In this document: positions 56,309 through 64,000 of the stretch, piece by piece
How positions within the stretch are numbered: position 1 is the first letter of the stretch
How the letters are laid out: each line of letters opens with the position of its first letter
DNA from: Sphingobacteriaceae bacterium
GTDB lineage: Bacteria; Bacteroidota; Bacteroidia; Sphingobacteriales; Sphingobacteriaceae
Direction of reading: 5' to 3'
Length of the DNA stretch: 64,000 bases
Assembly (NCBI GenBank): GCA_043763625.1
Contig: JAYULL010000171.1
Span: 16,077 to 80,076 of the forward strand
Made by a program: the position numbers and the translations under genes
Notes under the pieces: model-generated
The model's database searches: none
What the model saw: the letters and a program-made list of their open reading frames with translations, nothing else
Told to the model about the DNA's origin: nothing

Positions 56309-56392
56309 CTTCCCCTACAGCTCCTTTCGTTTAATTTAGGTTTATAATTGGTTAGTTTGAAAAAGTCCCGCCGCCCGGTTGGGACTTTTTTA
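56309..56392 (+). repeat. 84-bp direct repeat, right copy (attR-like)
   Basis: It matches 54583-54666 with one mismatch. Confidence 0.85.
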
Positions 56393-56520
56393 TTGGAAAT
56401 GCTTTAAGACGGGGTTATCCGTTCTAGATAAAAATAAAGCAATAGTGGCTTCCGAAAATCTTCAAATATAATGACTTGTGCAACTTCGTAATCTTCCGGT
56501 TTATTATATTTGGCAATAAG

Positions 56521-57675
56521 ATGAATATGGAATCACTTATAAGCCGGGCTGCCGGCGTCGGCAAAGAAGTTGCAAGCAAGGAAGCACTCTCGGCAGACGA
56601 GAACGGGAGCTGGGTTGAAAAGACGATGAGGGCATTGCAAGAATCAAAGCTTACGGGACTTACAGTGCCGGCCTCTTTTGGCGGTTTAGATCAGGGCTTA
56701 CTTGCGTTAGTAAGGATTAGCGAAGAACTGGGTAAGTCTTATTCCTCTGCAGGGCTTTGTTTTGGAATGCATTGTGTAGGAACGGCGGTTATTGCGGCAA
56801 AAGCTACTTCGTGGCAGCAAAAAAACTATCTTGCTCCGATTGCAGAAGGGAATCATATTACAACTTTAGCGCTAAGCGAGTCCGGAACAGGTGCTCATTT
56901 TTACTTCCCGCAAACAGCACTCATGGCAGTTACACAAGATGAATTCATTGTATCCGGTACGAAATCATTTGTAACCAACGGAGGCCATGCAGATTCATAT
57001 GTTACTTCCACCCTTGGGGCAAGTGCCGACGCCGAACAAGATGAATTTTCCTGCGTGCTGATAGATAAGTCTGCCGGAGGCATAGAATGGGGCGACCCAT
57101 GGGCCGGTATGGGAATGCGAGGAAACTCCTCAAGACTTATGCGTTTGAACGACGTACATATTTCAGGAAACCATGTACTGGGTGAAAAGGGCGATCAACT
57201 CTGGTACATATTTAATGTAGTAGCTCCTTATTTTTTAATGGCTATGGCCGGTACGTACTTAGGAATAGCCGAAGCAGCCCTAAATGAAGCAAGAGAAACT
57301 TTAGCCAAGCGGTATTATGCACATAGCGGCGGTTCATTATCTAATGTATCGTTGCTGCAACATCGTTTAGGAATGTTGTGGTCAAATGTTGAACGTACCA
57401 GAAGACTTGTTTACCATGCCGCCGACTTAGGCGACAAAAACTCGCAGGAAGCGATGTTGAGCATCTTAAGTGCCAAAGCAGAAGTTGCTAACTGTTGTGT
57501 GGACGTAGTTAATGAAACAATGACATTAGCAGGTGGTTTAGGTTATCAAAACAACTCCTATTTAGGAATGCTGCTAAGAGATGCCAGAGCCTCTCACGTT
57601 ATGTCTCCAACCACCGACCTGTTATACACTTGGATTGGCAGAGTATTACTGGATCAACCAATTCTTTCTGACTAA
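56521..57675 (+). CDS. Acyl-CoA dehydrogenase family protein
   Basis: The domain order follows the ACAD pattern, with blocks ALSESGTGAHF and FVTNGGHAD. The ATG at 56521 is preferred over the TTG at 56476. Confidence 0.75.
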   Translation: MNMESLISRAAGVGKEVASKEALSADENGSWVEKTMRALQESKLTGLTVPASFGGLDQGLLALVRISEELGKSYSSAGLCFGMHCVGTAVIAAKATSWQQKNYLAPIAEGNHITTLALSESGTGAHFYFPQTALMAVTQDEFIVSGTKSFVTNGGHADSYVTSTLGASADAEQDEFSCVLIDKSAGGIEWGDPWAGMGMRGNSSRLMRLNDVHISGNHVLGEKGDQLWYIFNVVAPYFLMAMAGTYLGIAEAALNEARETLAKRYYAHSGGSLSNVSLLQHRLGMLWSNVERTRRLVYHAADLGDKNSQEAMLSILSAKAEVANCCVDVVNETMTLAGGLGYQNNSYLGMLLRDARASHVMSPTTDLLYTWIGRVLLDQPILSD

Positions 57676-57686
57676 AACGAGTTTCC

Positions 57687-59060
57687 GTGTCTAAGATATT
57701 TTATATTGGCTTTGGACAGTTGTTATACAGTGCTCAAGGTAAGCTTACGGGCGACAGTGTTCTCCGGCTTATACCGATAACACAACTAACGTCAGACATT
57801 CATAAAAATACTCTTGAAGATGCTGATGTATTCTTAATCGGGCCGCTTACTATCAATCCTTTGCAGCAGGTTCAACGTGCTTACCGGCAAAACCCGCTTA
57901 TCTCTGTAGTTGTTCTCGCCTTTCAAGAACAGTTTCAAAAAATAAAACAAACAATCAGCTTTGGACATAACGTCGGGAAAAATATAACGGTTATTCCTTA
58001 TCAGTTCGGCAGGGATATTTCTGAAGTATTAGAAAGTGCAATTAAGCGTACTCAGCAAAGAAAAAGCTTTTTGAAGTTACAAGGCCATGCTACTCTACCC
58101 CGGGCTACCGGCCATAATGTTACTTTTCAAAATCTTGGTGTATTTCTTGAAAATGCTCCTATCGGAGCAATTGTATTCGATAAAGAAAAAAAAGTTATTA
58201 GTGCGAACTTTAAGGCTAAACAGTTTTTCGGTAAAAAACTGGATCTGCGCTACCTCATAACCTGGACCGATTTATTCCCAAGCGAAGATTACGCAAAACG
58301 AATTGATTCCGAGTCGGAGCAAGCGCATGAAATTATCAAAGTGAATGATCAATTTCTTGAAGTAAACATGTCATCATTTTTAATTGAGAGTGATAAGCCA
58401 CACTATCTTTTATTAGTGAATGATGTAACAAGAACAATTAATGTTGAGAATCAATTAAAAAATAAAATAGAAGAACTTGAGTTCTTAAACCGAGAATTGG
58501 ATGAGTTTGTGAATGTTGTTTCGCATGATTTTAAAACACCGCTTACTGCTATCGGCTTGTTGACGGCTCTTGCATTGAAAGAAACTTCGGATGAAAAGAA
58601 AACCGGCTTTCTACTTCAAATCATGCAAAGTAGCAACAAGCTTAAAGAACAACTGAAAGGATTGAACAAGCTTGTTGATATCAAGAAAAACCGTGCGGAA
58701 AAAGCAGAAATTGTTAATTTCCAACCAAGCCTTGATATAATTTTGGGTGAGTATAAAGAGACTCTTGAAGATATCGGTGCTAAGCTCATAACAAACTTTA
58801 CTCAAGCACCGAGTATAGTCTATTTCGCAGCTCACATCAACTGCTTGCTGAGTAACCTAATTACTAATGCAATTAAATACCGTCGTTTAGATACGCCTTT
58901 AATTATCGAAGTTTACAGTAGAATAGAAAAAGATTACACAGCTCTGGTGGTGAAAGATAATGGAATCGGAATTGATCTCGAAAAGAACTTGAATATGCTA
59001 TTTCAACCGTTTAAACGATTAACGGACCAGAGCACGGGTTCAGGGCTCGGACTAGCATAG
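57687..59060 (+). CDS. Sensor histidine kinase (degenerate receiver-like N-terminus, PAS, HisKA, HATPase_c); 3' end frameshifted, and the remainder of the gene runs to 59167
   Basis: H-box VSHDFKTPL, N-box LITNAIKY, G1 VKDNGIGID and G2 GSGLGLA are followed by a stop. The +1 frame continues (I)VKRMIEHNQGYLEVCSKVGGGTEFKAYLKGINTTV-stop. Confidence 0.75.
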   Translation: MSKIFYIGFGQLLYSAQGKLTGDSVLRLIPITQLTSDIHKNTLEDADVFLIGPLTINPLQQVQRAYRQNPLISVVVLAFQEQFQKIKQTISFGHNVGKNITVIPYQFGRDISEVLESAIKRTQQRKSFLKLQGHATLPRATGHNVTFQNLGVFLENAPIGAIVFDKEKKVISANFKAKQFFGKKLDLRYLITWTDLFPSEDYAKRIDSESEQAHEIIKVNDQFLEVNMSSFLIESDKPHYLLLVNDVTRTINVENQLKNKIEELEFLNRELDEFVNVVSHDFKTPLTAIGLLTALALKETSDEKKTGFLLQIMQSSNKLKEQLKGLNKLVDIKKNRAEKAEIVNFQPSLDIILGEYKETLEDIGAKLITNFTQAPSIVYFAAHINCLLSNLITNAIKYRRLDTPLIIEVYSRIEKDYTALVVKDNGIGIDLEKNLNMLFQPFKRLTDQSTGSGLGLA

Positions 59061-59401
59061 TAAAGCGAATGATAGAGCATAACCAAGGATACCTTGAGGT
59101 ATGCTCAAAAGTTGGCGGCGGAACTGAATTTAAAGCCTATTTAAAAGGCATTAACACCACAGTCTAAAAGTAATTATCATCACCCCCGCACCCCCGCTTT
59201 AGAACATGTTCAAGTATGAGTCCGGTTTTTTTAAACCCCTGAGCGCCTTCGCAGTTTACAATTCAACCCAAACCGATCCCTAAAATAGAATGCTGTAAGG
59301 CATAAGATAAATAAATTCGGATATGCCTGTTGTCTTTCTTTTACTTCTTCAAGCTTTCTAAAAGAAATAATTTTACTTTTGAATAATTGACCTAAGATAT
59401 C

Positions 59402-59854
59402 ATGGACTTATATAAAATCTTATTAGAAGCACATTCAGGATTGCGCTATGTAGTAATGCTGTTATTGTTACTTGCAATAGTAGTTGCTTTTGCAGGATGG
59501 TTTGGGAACAGGCCCTATACAAACGGCAACAAGAAATTAAACTTATTTACCTTAATATTTACGCATATTCAACTTCTCGTCGGTCTGATCTTATATTTTC
59601 TGAGCCCTTTTTCTCAACCCTCGAACATGGGTGCGGCTATGAAAGATTCTACTTTACGTTATTGGACCGTAGAGCATGCAGTTATGATGTTAGTTGCTGT
59701 GGTATTAATTACTATTGGCTACTCAAAATCAAAAAAGCTTCCGGAAGCCTTAGTTAAGCACCGCACGGTAGCCATATACTTTACTTTAGCCTTATTAGTG
59801 GTTATTGCGGCAATTGTTCAAAGCGGAAGGCCTTTACTGGGGATGACAAGGTAG
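59402..59854 (+). CDS. Integral membrane protein (4 TM), hypothetical
   Basis: 150 aa with four hydrophobic helices. I cannot name a family. Confidence 0.5.
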   Translation: MDLYKILLEAHSGLRYVVMLLLLLAIVVAFAGWFGNRPYTNGNKKLNLFTLIFTHIQLLVGLILYFLSPFSQPSNMGAAMKDSTLRYWTVEHAVMMLVAVVLITIGYSKSKKLPEALVKHRTVAIYFTLALLVVIAAIVQSGRPLLGMTR

Positions 59855-60029
59855 TTCCCTCATTGTAATAATGTGTAAGATTCGCTATGTTCTTTACGCC
59901 TCGCCTAATTGATTATTCAGCCGGGAACTTCAACGCTTAGCAAAAAAGTTTAATCTGTTGTTAATAAATACCGGCTGGGTTTGCTAAACCGGGTGTATCC
60001 TTTATATAATAAGACAAGTTTGGTATTGA

Positions 60030-61061
60030 CTACGTGTGATTGACCCTTTCCAAGGTAAACCCGAAAGTTGATCCGATACCCTCTGTGCTTCTTGCAGTAA
60101 TAGTTTGTTGGTGTGCTTCTATAATATGTTTTACAATGGCCAATCCTAAGCCTGAGCCGCCAATTTGTCGCGAACGACTTTTATCTGTTCTGAAAAAACG
60201 TTCAAATAACCGAGGCAGGTGCTTTTCTTCAATTCCAACACCGTTGTCGGTTACTTCAATTAGTATTTGATCGTGCAGTTCGAAAGTTTTTACAAACGTT
60301 GCTCCGCTTTCCTTTCCGTATTTTATCGAATTATCAATCAAGTTCACTAAAACCTGTCTTATCTTTTCCTTGTCAGCATTTACCCAAATTTGCGAATCGT
60401 ATTTTTCCTTAAATATGAGGCTGATTCTGTTCTTTTTTGCCTGAAGTTCCGATAATTCTATTACCTCCTTAATTAACGACGTAAGATCGAACTTTTGAAA
60501 GTTTATGCGAAGTTCACCACTTTCAAGTTTCGAAATCTCGTCAAGGTCTGTTATCAGATATCCTAATCGATCCAAGTTCTGAGAGGCCTTTTTTAAAAAT
60601 CGTTCTGCAAGCTCAGTATCCTCGAAACCATCGTCTTGCAAGGCTTCGATATAGCCTTGAACTGCGAAAAGAGGAGTTTTAAATTCATGGGATATGTTCG
60701 ACAGAAATTCGCGTCTAAATTGTTCCTGCTTTTTTAATGTATCTATTTCACTTTTTTTATCCCGGGCCCATTCTTTAACTTCTTGTTCAACATCGTTAAT
60801 CGGATCAGAAGTTACATACTCGCCTAGAGCATCTTTTAAGTCTTTCCCGAGCTTTAAATTATGTATCAGTTTATAAATTAATTTTATTTTAGAATAAACA
60901 TAACGCTCAATCATGTAATAAAAAAGCAAGAAACTTATAATAAGCGTGAGTGAAAAAGTAAATAAGAAATGAAACCAGCTACGCTGAAAATAATAATTAG
61001 AAAGGCCCAAGGTAAGTGCCATAGCCAAGGCATTTAAAAAAACTAAAGCCCGTAGTTTCAT
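60030..61061 (-). CDS. Sensor histidine kinase (2 TM, HisKA, HATPase_c)
   Basis: H-box ISHEFKTPL, N-box LIDNSIKYG, G1 VTDNGVGIE and G2 GGSGLGLAIVKHI are present. Confidence 0.85.
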   Translation of the reverse strand: MKLRALVFLNALAMALTLGLSNYYFQRSWFHFLFTFSLTLIISFLLFYYMIERYVYSKIKLIYKLIHNLKLGKDLKDALGEYVTSDPINDVEQEVKEWARDKKSEIDTLKKQEQFRREFLSNISHEFKTPLFAVQGYIEALQDDGFEDTELAERFLKKASQNLDRLGYLITDLDEISKLESGELRINFQKFDLTSLIKEVIELSELQAKKNRISLIFKEKYDSQIWVNADKEKIRQVLVNLIDNSIKYGKESGATFVKTFELHDQILIEVTDNGVGIEEKHLPRLFERFFRTDKSRSRQIGGSGLGLAIVKHIIEAHQQTITARSTEGIGSTFGFTLERVNHT

Positions 61062-61073
61062 TGGTGCAAATTA

Positions 61074-62210
61074 CTATAAAAACGGCTTGCCGTGTGTGAG
61101 ACTTATCATAAACTTTGCGGCCCCGAATTTTTTCAAAGCTGCTGTCATAACATTTGAAATGTGCCGGCTTCCAAATACATTTTGTATAAATCTTCCTGTT
61201 TTTAAACGAGCAGCAAATTCAATATTCCATTGCTCCAAATAACGGTGCTCCAACAGGTTTCGCTTTTGCGGATTTTTAAAGTCGGGATCCTTAATTATGC
61301 TGTCGGAAAGAATTTTAGCAGAGCGTATGGCCATAGCCATGCCGTTTCCGCAAAGGGGTGCAATCATACCGGCAGAATCTCCGCAAAATAAAATATGATT
61401 TTCAACTAAAGATTTTCTTTCAAACGATATCTCATTTATCACTTCGGGTTTCTCGAACAAAAAATCTGAATTACTAAAAATTTGCCGGAGAAACGGATTC
61501 TTATAAAGCAACCTTTCTTCCATTTCGGGAATGGATCCGTACGTTTTTAGATTTTCAGTGGCAGACAAATAGCACAAACAATATTTATCGCCCTCGACTT
61601 TGACAATACCGCAATAGCCGCCTTTAAAAATATCAAGTTGAATTAAATCAACAGGGAAGTCTGTTTTTATATGATACTTTACACCGAGATACGGGCTTCG
61701 CTTATTAAAAAAATTTCGATTAAATTTCTGATCAATATTAGATCGTTTTCCGTGAGCGGATATTACTAAATCAGCGTTCAAAGCGGGGCCCGCCTCAAGC
61801 GAAACCGTAAATGCATTGTCTACGAATTGAACATCCGTCACCTTTCTTCCCTGTAAAACTTCTACGCCTTCGGATAAAGCCTTGTGATATAAGAAATTGT
61901 CGAAAGCATAACGGCTTATTCCGAATCCCCCTAAATCCAAAGGCGCATCAAAGTAGTTTCCCGAAAGGGAACTTACTTTTAATCGAGTAATAAAAGAAGG
62001 TTTAAATTCTTCAGGATATATATTCTGATTTTTTAAAAAAGGGACAACTTCGTTGGAAATATATTCACCGCAAACTCTATGGAAAGGAAAGATTTTTTTC
62101 TCAATAAGTGTTACGGCAAATCCGGCACGATTTAAAAGAATAGAGTTGATTAATCCTGCTAGCCCGGCTCCTGCAATAACAATTTTTCCGTTCGCTGTTG
62201 AAAGGCTCAT
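61074..62210 (-). CDS. FAD-dependent oxidoreductase/monooxygenase (geranylgeranyl-reductase-like; SrsC-like position)
   Basis: The dinucleotide motif is VIAGAGLAGL...IEKK. 378 aa. It overlaps the upstream methyltransferase gene by 4 nt. Confidence 0.75.
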   Translation of the reverse strand: MSLSTANGKIVIAGAGLAGLINSILLNRAGFAVTLIEKKIFPFHRVCGEYISNEVVPFLKNQNIYPEEFKPSFITRLKVSSLSGNYFDAPLDLGGFGISRYAFDNFLYHKALSEGVEVLQGRKVTDVQFVDNAFTVSLEAGPALNADLVISAHGKRSNIDQKFNRNFFNKRSPYLGVKYHIKTDFPVDLIQLDIFKGGYCGIVKVEGDKYCLCYLSATENLKTYGSIPEMEERLLYKNPFLRQIFSNSDFLFEKPEVINEISFERKSLVENHILFCGDSAGMIAPLCGNGMAMAIRSAKILSDSIIKDPDFKNPQKRNLLEHRYLEQWNIEFAARLKTGRFIQNVFGSRHISNVMTAALKKFGAAKFMISLTHGKPFL

Positions 62211-62911
62211 TGCCGGCTCTTATAAAGTATAAGTTGCCATCGGAAAGCCCACATCCATTTTAATGTATAATTTGGAATGCCGGCTTCTTGCAATAGTTTT
62301 TGAAGTTCGGGGCGTGTAAATCCTTTTAAAACCGAGAGTTGCGAATCGTGTTTCACCATTTCAGATTTGGAAAAAGCCCTTGTTAAAGCTCCAATAGATT
62401 GATACGCAAACCAATGCCTGTGAAGGTCATTTACAATTACGGCTGTTGTTGCACATTCGCTCATTTTAAGCATCAGTTTTTTCCAGTTTTCATCTTCAAA
62501 GTGATGAGTAAAAAGACCGGAAATTATAATATCAAACTGATCGGTCCGGAGCTTATCGCTTAAAACGTCAGCTTCGATATAAGCTATTTCGGGAAAAGAT
62601 TTTGAATGCTTACGAGCATAATCAAGTGCCGAAGGTGTAGCATCAACCCCAACAAAACTTAAATTCAACTTTTTCTTTCGGGCTCGTTTTGCAAGTATTC
62701 GCAACGAATCGCCGCCGCCGCAGCCCCAATCGCTCACGGTCATACCGTCTTTTAACCCAACCTTAGTAAACGCATCGTAAAACACGTTATATCCCCCTAA
62801 AAGCTTATTAATCACTTCAAGTTCGTCCATAATGGGAAAGATGATTTCTTCGCCGAGGCTGAAATCGTCCATCATCTCCGCTTTGGTACTGCGCTTACTG
62901 AAATCGGCCAT
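62207..62911 (-). CDS. Class I SAM-dependent methyltransferase (SrsB-like position)
   Basis: Motif I is VSDWGCGGGDS. 234 aa. Confidence 0.8.
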   Translation of the reverse strand: MADFSKRSTKAEMMDDFSLGEEIIFPIMDELEVINKLLGGYNVFYDAFTKVGLKDGMTVSDWGCGGGDSLRILAKRARKKKLNLSFVGVDATPSALDYARKHSKSFPEIAYIEADVLSDKLRTDQFDIIISGLFTHHFEDENWKKLMLKMSECATTAVIVNDLHRHWFAYQSIGALTRAFSKSEMVKHDSQLSVLKGFTRPELQKLLQEAGIPNYTLKWMWAFRWQLILYKSRQ

Positions 62912-62919
62912 AAAAGAAA

Positions 62920-64000
62920 TTACACGGTTTCAAGAATCATACTTTCGAAGGTTAAACCCGGACCGAATGCAAAGCCCATCAATTTTTGGCCCTTTTGTGC
63001 TTCCTGCAATTGCTGTTGTAAAATAAACAAAATGGTGGCCGATGACATGTTCCCGAACTTTTTTAATACGTGATAGGAATGCTCCAAAAATTCTTCCGGC
63101 AATTCAAGAGCTTCTTCGCAAACTTCTAAAATCCTGCGCCCCCCGGGATGAATTGCAAATCGAGAAACATCTTTAAAAGAAAATTTTGCCTTATCAAGCA
63201 AACTTCGGGTTACTTCGGCAATTTTACCTTTTATGCTTTTAGCAACGTGCGACGACAGTAGCATTTCAAAGCCGGTATTCCCGACACGCCAGCTCATTTC
63301 TTTTTTGCCTTCTAATACTAATAAGTTGTAAAAGCCCGCTAAGCGAAATCCTTTTGCTGTTGATCTATTACTTTCAGGCTCAACTAATACTGCCGCTGCT
63401 CCATCCGAAAACAATGAGTTAGCCAGCCAATTATTTAGCGAGTTTTGTTTTTGGAAGTGAATGGTGCAAAGTTCAACATCAACAATAAGAACTTTTGCGT
63501 TTAGCTGCGCCCGACAAATATAATCTGCTGCTTTTAACGCGTTGAAAGCACCGTAACAGCCCATAAAATTAATGCAAATTCGTTCTGTAGAAGTGCTTAG
63601 GCCAAGTTTCTCTATTAAATCAATATCTAAACCCGGAGCATACATTCCGGTGCAGCTTACGGTAATGAGATGTGTTATTTCGGCAGGATCGAAATCGTTT
63701 ACATTTAAAAACAAATTCTCCGCAGCCGATTTGCTTATCTTCCAAGCTTCATTTTCGTATAACATGCTTCTGTCGGCAGTTGAAGGGAAAGACGAATTGA
63801 AAAATGAATTGCCGGTGTGCGAAGCTTCGAAGTCCGGAATTACGGAATGGCGATTTTCAATACCTGAAACCTCGTAGATCTTTTTTAAGCGAGATGCTTC
63901 ACGGCTGTCTAATTCATGAGCTTCAATCATAAACTTCAGCACTTCTTGTTGAGAAAAGCGAAAGGGAGGTGTTGCTGTCCCGATTGCTGAAATTACATTG
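62920..64000 (-). CDS. Type III polyketide synthase (chalcone/stilbene synthase family); 5' end outside the window
   Basis: The catalytic triad contexts are MGCYGAFNA (Cys), IHPGGRRIL (His) and GNMSSATI (Asn). The frame stays open to the window edge (..NVISAIGTATPPFRFSQQEVLKF). Confidence 0.85.
   Translation of the reverse strand, partial: NVISAIGTATPPFRFSQQEVLKFMIEAHELDSREASRLKKIYEVSGIENRHSVIPDFEASHTGNSFFNSSFPSTADRSMLYENEAWKISKSAAENLFLNVNDFDPAEITHLITVSCTGMYAPGLDIDLIEKLGLSTSTERICINFMGCYGAFNALKAADYICRAQLNAKVLIVDVELCTIHFQKQNSLNNWLANSLFSDGAAAVLVEPESNRSTAKGFRLAGFYNLLVLEGKKEMSWRVGNTGFEMLLSSHVAKSIKGKIAEVTRSLLDKAKFSFKDVSRFAIHPGGRRILEVCEEALELPEEFLEHSYHVLKKFGNMSSATILFILQQQLQEAQKGQKLMGFAFGPGLTFESMILETV

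Larger units (their letters stand above)
54583..56392 (+). mobile_element. Decayed integrated element (about 1.8 kb) at the 3' end of the tRNA-like gene
   Basis: 84-bp direct repeats flank a truncated integrase gene and one lipoprotein gene. Confidence 0.6.

Overview
This is a Bacteroidota-type chromosomal segment. The assignment is an inference from gene content: a T9SS type-B C-terminal sorting domain, a GH127 enzyme, a GNAT-argG-argC-argD-argF' arginine operon, and dut/TPR/DUF4292/M23 synteny.

**Layout**
- **1-8.7 kb, defence island.** It holds a translationally coupled type I R-M operon: hsdM-hsdS, a frameshifted AlbA_2/HATPase_c_4 gene, then hsdR. A tightly coupled pair follows: a 266-aa protein with a HEPN-like R-x4-H motif and a 590-aa DUF262 (DGQQR) protein with no recognisable DUF1524 nuclease. 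I consider this pair the best candidate for an undescribed defence system.
- **8.7-24 kb, mixed region.** Housekeeping and carbohydrate genes sit here: a TAT-exported Gfo/Idh/MocA oxidoreductase, a sugar-phosphate isomerase, a TlpA-like thioredoxin, an ABC exporter, TspO, an SGNH esterase and GH127. Among them are at least three interspersed repeat families, two decayed REP-associated HUH transposase remnants, an orphan ATP-grasp gene, a T9SS-protein fragment and a decayed tyrosine recombinase.
- **24.6-30.3 kb, arginine operon.** It carries in-frame GC-rich palindromic insertions. A four-helix-bundle (23S rRNA IVS-protein family) cassette bounded by 18-bp inverted repeats is also inserted here.
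- **30.8-34.3 kb (minus strand), RiPP cluster.** This is an ECF sigma / ZAS-type anti-sigma controlled MNIO (DUF692) cluster. It encodes a secreted Lys/Gly/Cys-repeat precursor, DUF2063 and DoxX, and resembles bufferin/HvfA metallophore loci.
- **34-54 kb, core genes.** ettA, clpC, tatA x2, M23 peptidase, dut, a flippase, rlmN, comF, glyA, glf, pdhB and lrp.
- **54.5-56.4 kb, integrated-element remnant.** An atypically long tRNA-like gene is followed by a 1.7-kb remnant flanked by 84-bp direct repeats.
- **56.5-64 kb.** An acyl-CoA dehydrogenase, two histidine kinases (one frameshifted) and an srsABC-like cluster: type III PKS, methyltransferase and flavoprotein.

No rRNA genes or CRISPR arrays were seen. 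All family calls rest on motifs read by eye and on remembered family signatures. No searches were run.
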